This document shows, one piece after another, positions 13,760-16,053 of a stretch of DNA of 16,053 nucleotides (position 1 is its first letter; the number at the start of each line of letters is the position of its first letter). The notes beneath the pieces are model-generated. The model saw nothing but the letters and a program-made list of their open reading frames with translations. It made no database searches and had not been told where the DNA came from. Origin of the DNA: a virus; the UHGV virus genome UHGV-0060588, one strand, 5' to 3'. The translations under genes and the position numbers were made by a program.

Positions 13760-13930
13760 ATGACACAGAATGAGGTAGCTGAGCGTATTGGGGTTACTCG
13801 CCGCACGCTTAATAACTGGTTAAAGAGTGGGAAGTTCCCGGATTGTTGTATCCGCATTATGGGCCGCCGCCAGCCCGGTACGTTTGACCCAGAGAAAGTG
13901 GAAGCGTGGATTAAGGAGAACGTTAAATGA
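13760..13930 (+). CDS. small HTH DNA-binding regulator (AlpA/excisionase-like), 56 aa from ATG 13760
   Basis: MTQNEVAERIGVTRRTLNNWLKSGKFP matches the AlpA/Xis-type HTH pattern. GAGGG SD 7 nt before ATG 13760 (the track starts at 13727). Confidence 0.6.
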   Translation: MTQNEVAERIGVTRRTLNNWLKSGKFPDCCIRIMGRRQPGTFDPEKVEAWIKENVK

Positions 13931-14160
13931 CCGAGTTCCAGTCACGCGTATTTACGGCGGTCGTTTCGTTAACCCGCAAAAAAGGGTCGTGCAGCGTTAT
14001 GGACTTGCGCCGTAGTTATTTTAAGTACTATAGTTCCGCCATTATTGAAGGGTCGTTGAAGGTACTGGTTAAATCGGGTGTCGTGAAAAACGTTGGTGGG
14101 AAATATGGTGCTGTTGCTGAAGTTCGCGGAATGGCTGCTACTTTAGAAGACCTGGAATAA
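13927..14160 (+). CDS. hypothetical protein, 77 aa
   Basis: ATG overlaps the upstream stop (ATGA). Possible winged-helix-like segment, not assignable. Confidence 0.5.
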   Translation: MTEFQSRVFTAVVSLTRKKGSCSVMDLRRSYFKYYSSAIIEGSLKVLVKSGVVKNVGGKYGAVAEVRGMAATLEDLE

Positions 14161-14218
14161 AAGAAAGCCCCGACGTTAGAGCGCCGAGGCCAAATTACTT
14201 GCTGAAGGAAATACAACA

Positions 14219-16053
14219 TGTCCGATGTAATTTTATCCTACTCGTGGTCTCGTCGCAACGCGCCGGCAGAGAAAAAGGATATAAACGTCAGAACCACCCA
14301 CACGGCAACACTGGACGACCTGAAAGAGCTAATCCAGCCACTCGATGCCGTTCGTGATGGGATTAACCCTAAGACCGCGCCCGGGTATATCACCGCTGCG
14401 TGCGACTCTACACACAGCACCGTAAAAGACCCGGAAACAGGAGACTTTAAGCGGGCGCGTAAAGGCTTCTTCTATCGCTGTGACGCGTCTGTAAGCAAAT
14501 CGTCGCTCGCTTATCTGGACTTCGACGGTGCAACACCGGAAGAGTATCAGGAAGCTGTGCGCCTGGTTAAGCGCAGCCGCCTGGCTATGTGCCTCTACAC
14601 CACGGCATCCCATACCGATGAGTCACCACGCTTTCGCGTCGTCATGCCGCTGGGCCGCCCGGTTGAAGGTGGAGACATCATCCGTGTTCGCCATGGATTG
14701 CTGGAACACTTCTTCAAAGGCATGGGCGCGGACCGCAGCGGTTTCACTCTGTCGCAGCCTATGTACCTGCCGCCGGTTGGCTCTACCGTTATCTGGTCGC
14801 GCCGAAACGACCTGATTGACCCGGAAGAGTTACTGGAAGGCATCCCGGATTACGAGGTGAGCAGCGCATCTGACTACCAGATACCAGAAGAACTGCGTAC
14901 CGCGTTTACTGATGCGTTTGAGGCGCTGGCGTTTGAGTACGGCGGTGTTATGACGCCCCGCGGCCTTAAGATGCCAGCTACGCCGGAACATGCAGAAAAT
15001 TACAGCGACCCTACGCCGCGCCCGGACGACTTCCTGCTGTGCTTCCCGCGCGAGGGCTACGAAGCGCCGAACGTAACCATGATCCACGACACTGACATTA
15101 CGGCAACCGAAGGCATGTCGCCGAAAGAGGTGTGGAAATATGCGTGTGATGCGACTGGTCTCCCGTTCAGTGAAGTCGCTGAGGCTATCGGCTGGGGCGC
15201 ACGTGAATCTGTTTCATGCAGCCTCGACGACCTGGAAGACGACGAGGACCCCGAGGAGGACGAGCTACCGGAACCGGTAAAGGCTGATTTCGTCGTAGAA
15301 GGGTATATGCCGTCAGATTGCATCTGGGATATTGTCGGGGAATCCGGCACGTACAAATCATTCTATACGCTGGGGATGATGTACCTGAGCGCCGCCGGAT
15401 ACCGGTTCGCCGGGGCGGACACCCAGCGTTGCCATCACTTCTATATCGACGGTGAGGGTGGCGCGGCTACACGCACACGTATTGACGCACTAGCGGCTAA
15501 ATATGGTGAGGAAGGTAAAGATTATGTACATGTCATCGACATGGGCGAAGTCGGAAAACTGAAAAGCCTTATTAAGTTGATGCGTGAAACTGCGGGTGAC
15601 GAACCCATCGGCATGGTTGCCTTCGACACCCTAAACCAGACCCTGGCTTTGACGATTGATAAGTTCGACGAGAACAGTTCATCGACGGCAATCGGCATGG
15701 GTAAAGTCATTGCCATCCTGAAAGAAGTACGTGACGTGACTAAAGCCGCAGTAGGCGTTGTCCACCATACGCCGAAAGGTGGAAAGAAAGCCCGCGGCAG
15801 TGGTGCGCTGTATGCTGGCGTCGACGTGGAACTGACAATTGAACGCGCGACCGACCGTCAGATAAACGTATACCACTCTAAATTTAAGCACGGGCCCCAA
15901 CAGAAAACGGTTGGCATGGTGCTGGAGTCGGTACAGTTCCGCGAAGCGCCACCGCCGAAAGAGTACCGTGCTGTTGAGTTCCTGGGTAGCACAGAGGAAT
16001 ACGGCACAATCGTAAACCTCGACCTGCCAGAACCACATAAGGCACTTGTGCTG
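14219..16053 (+). CDS. putative bifunctional primase-polymerase (Prim-Pol)/RecA-like helicase, 5' part (over 611 aa, no stop within the window)
   Basis: Not in the ORF track because it runs off the end; translated manually. AGGAA SD 7 nt before the ATG. N-terminal Prim-Pol-like motifs (LAYLDFDG, then TTASHTDESPRFRVVMPLG) and C-terminal P-loop ATPase (IVGESGTYKS, Walker B IGMVAFDTL, VVHHTPKGGKKARGS). Confidence 0.7.

Noticed and set aside
1-16053. CRISPR array, integrase/attachment site, transposase or toxin-antitoxin pair
   Set aside because: No regularly spaced direct repeats, no tyrosine or serine recombinase motifs and no transposase-like ORF were seen. The only mobile-element candidates are the two HNH-AP2 homing endonuclease genes.

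Overview
The window reads as a tailed-phage genome segment (enterobacterial-type codon usage, about 50% GC) with almost all genes on the minus strand in tightly packed, translationally coupled operons. From right to left on the minus strand: an operon of small genes including a DUF551 protein (13274-12249); a second small-gene operon (12043-10231); a lysis cassette with two holin-like membrane proteins, an inserted HNH-AP2 homing endonuclease and a GH24-type endolysin (10155-8616), closed by a strong terminator; an insulated accessory operon of ten small ORFs (8432-6564) with its own promoter and terminator; then the packaging/head module TerS-TerL-portal-head morphogenesis protein (6436-2034), a second HNH-AP2 endonuclease and an Ig-like domain ORF. 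On the plus strand there are only two units: at the left, a self-contained promoter-gene-terminator unit encoding a truncated beta sliding-clamp (DnaN) homolog (385-906), and at the right an HTH regulator, a small protein and the 5' part of a Prim-Pol/RecA-like helicase gene (13760-16053, runs off the window). No rRNA, tRNA, CRISPR array, integrase or transposase was recognised. The most interesting candidates are the half-size DnaN-like protein and the insulated accessory operon of small, partly very acidic proteins; I also flag an Ig-like ORF with no usable start behind an A8/T8 tract, RNA hairpins over the holin ribosome-binding site and the HNH start codon, and a reiterated phage promoter motif. 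All calls are from reading the sequence and from recalled family signatures; no database search was run.
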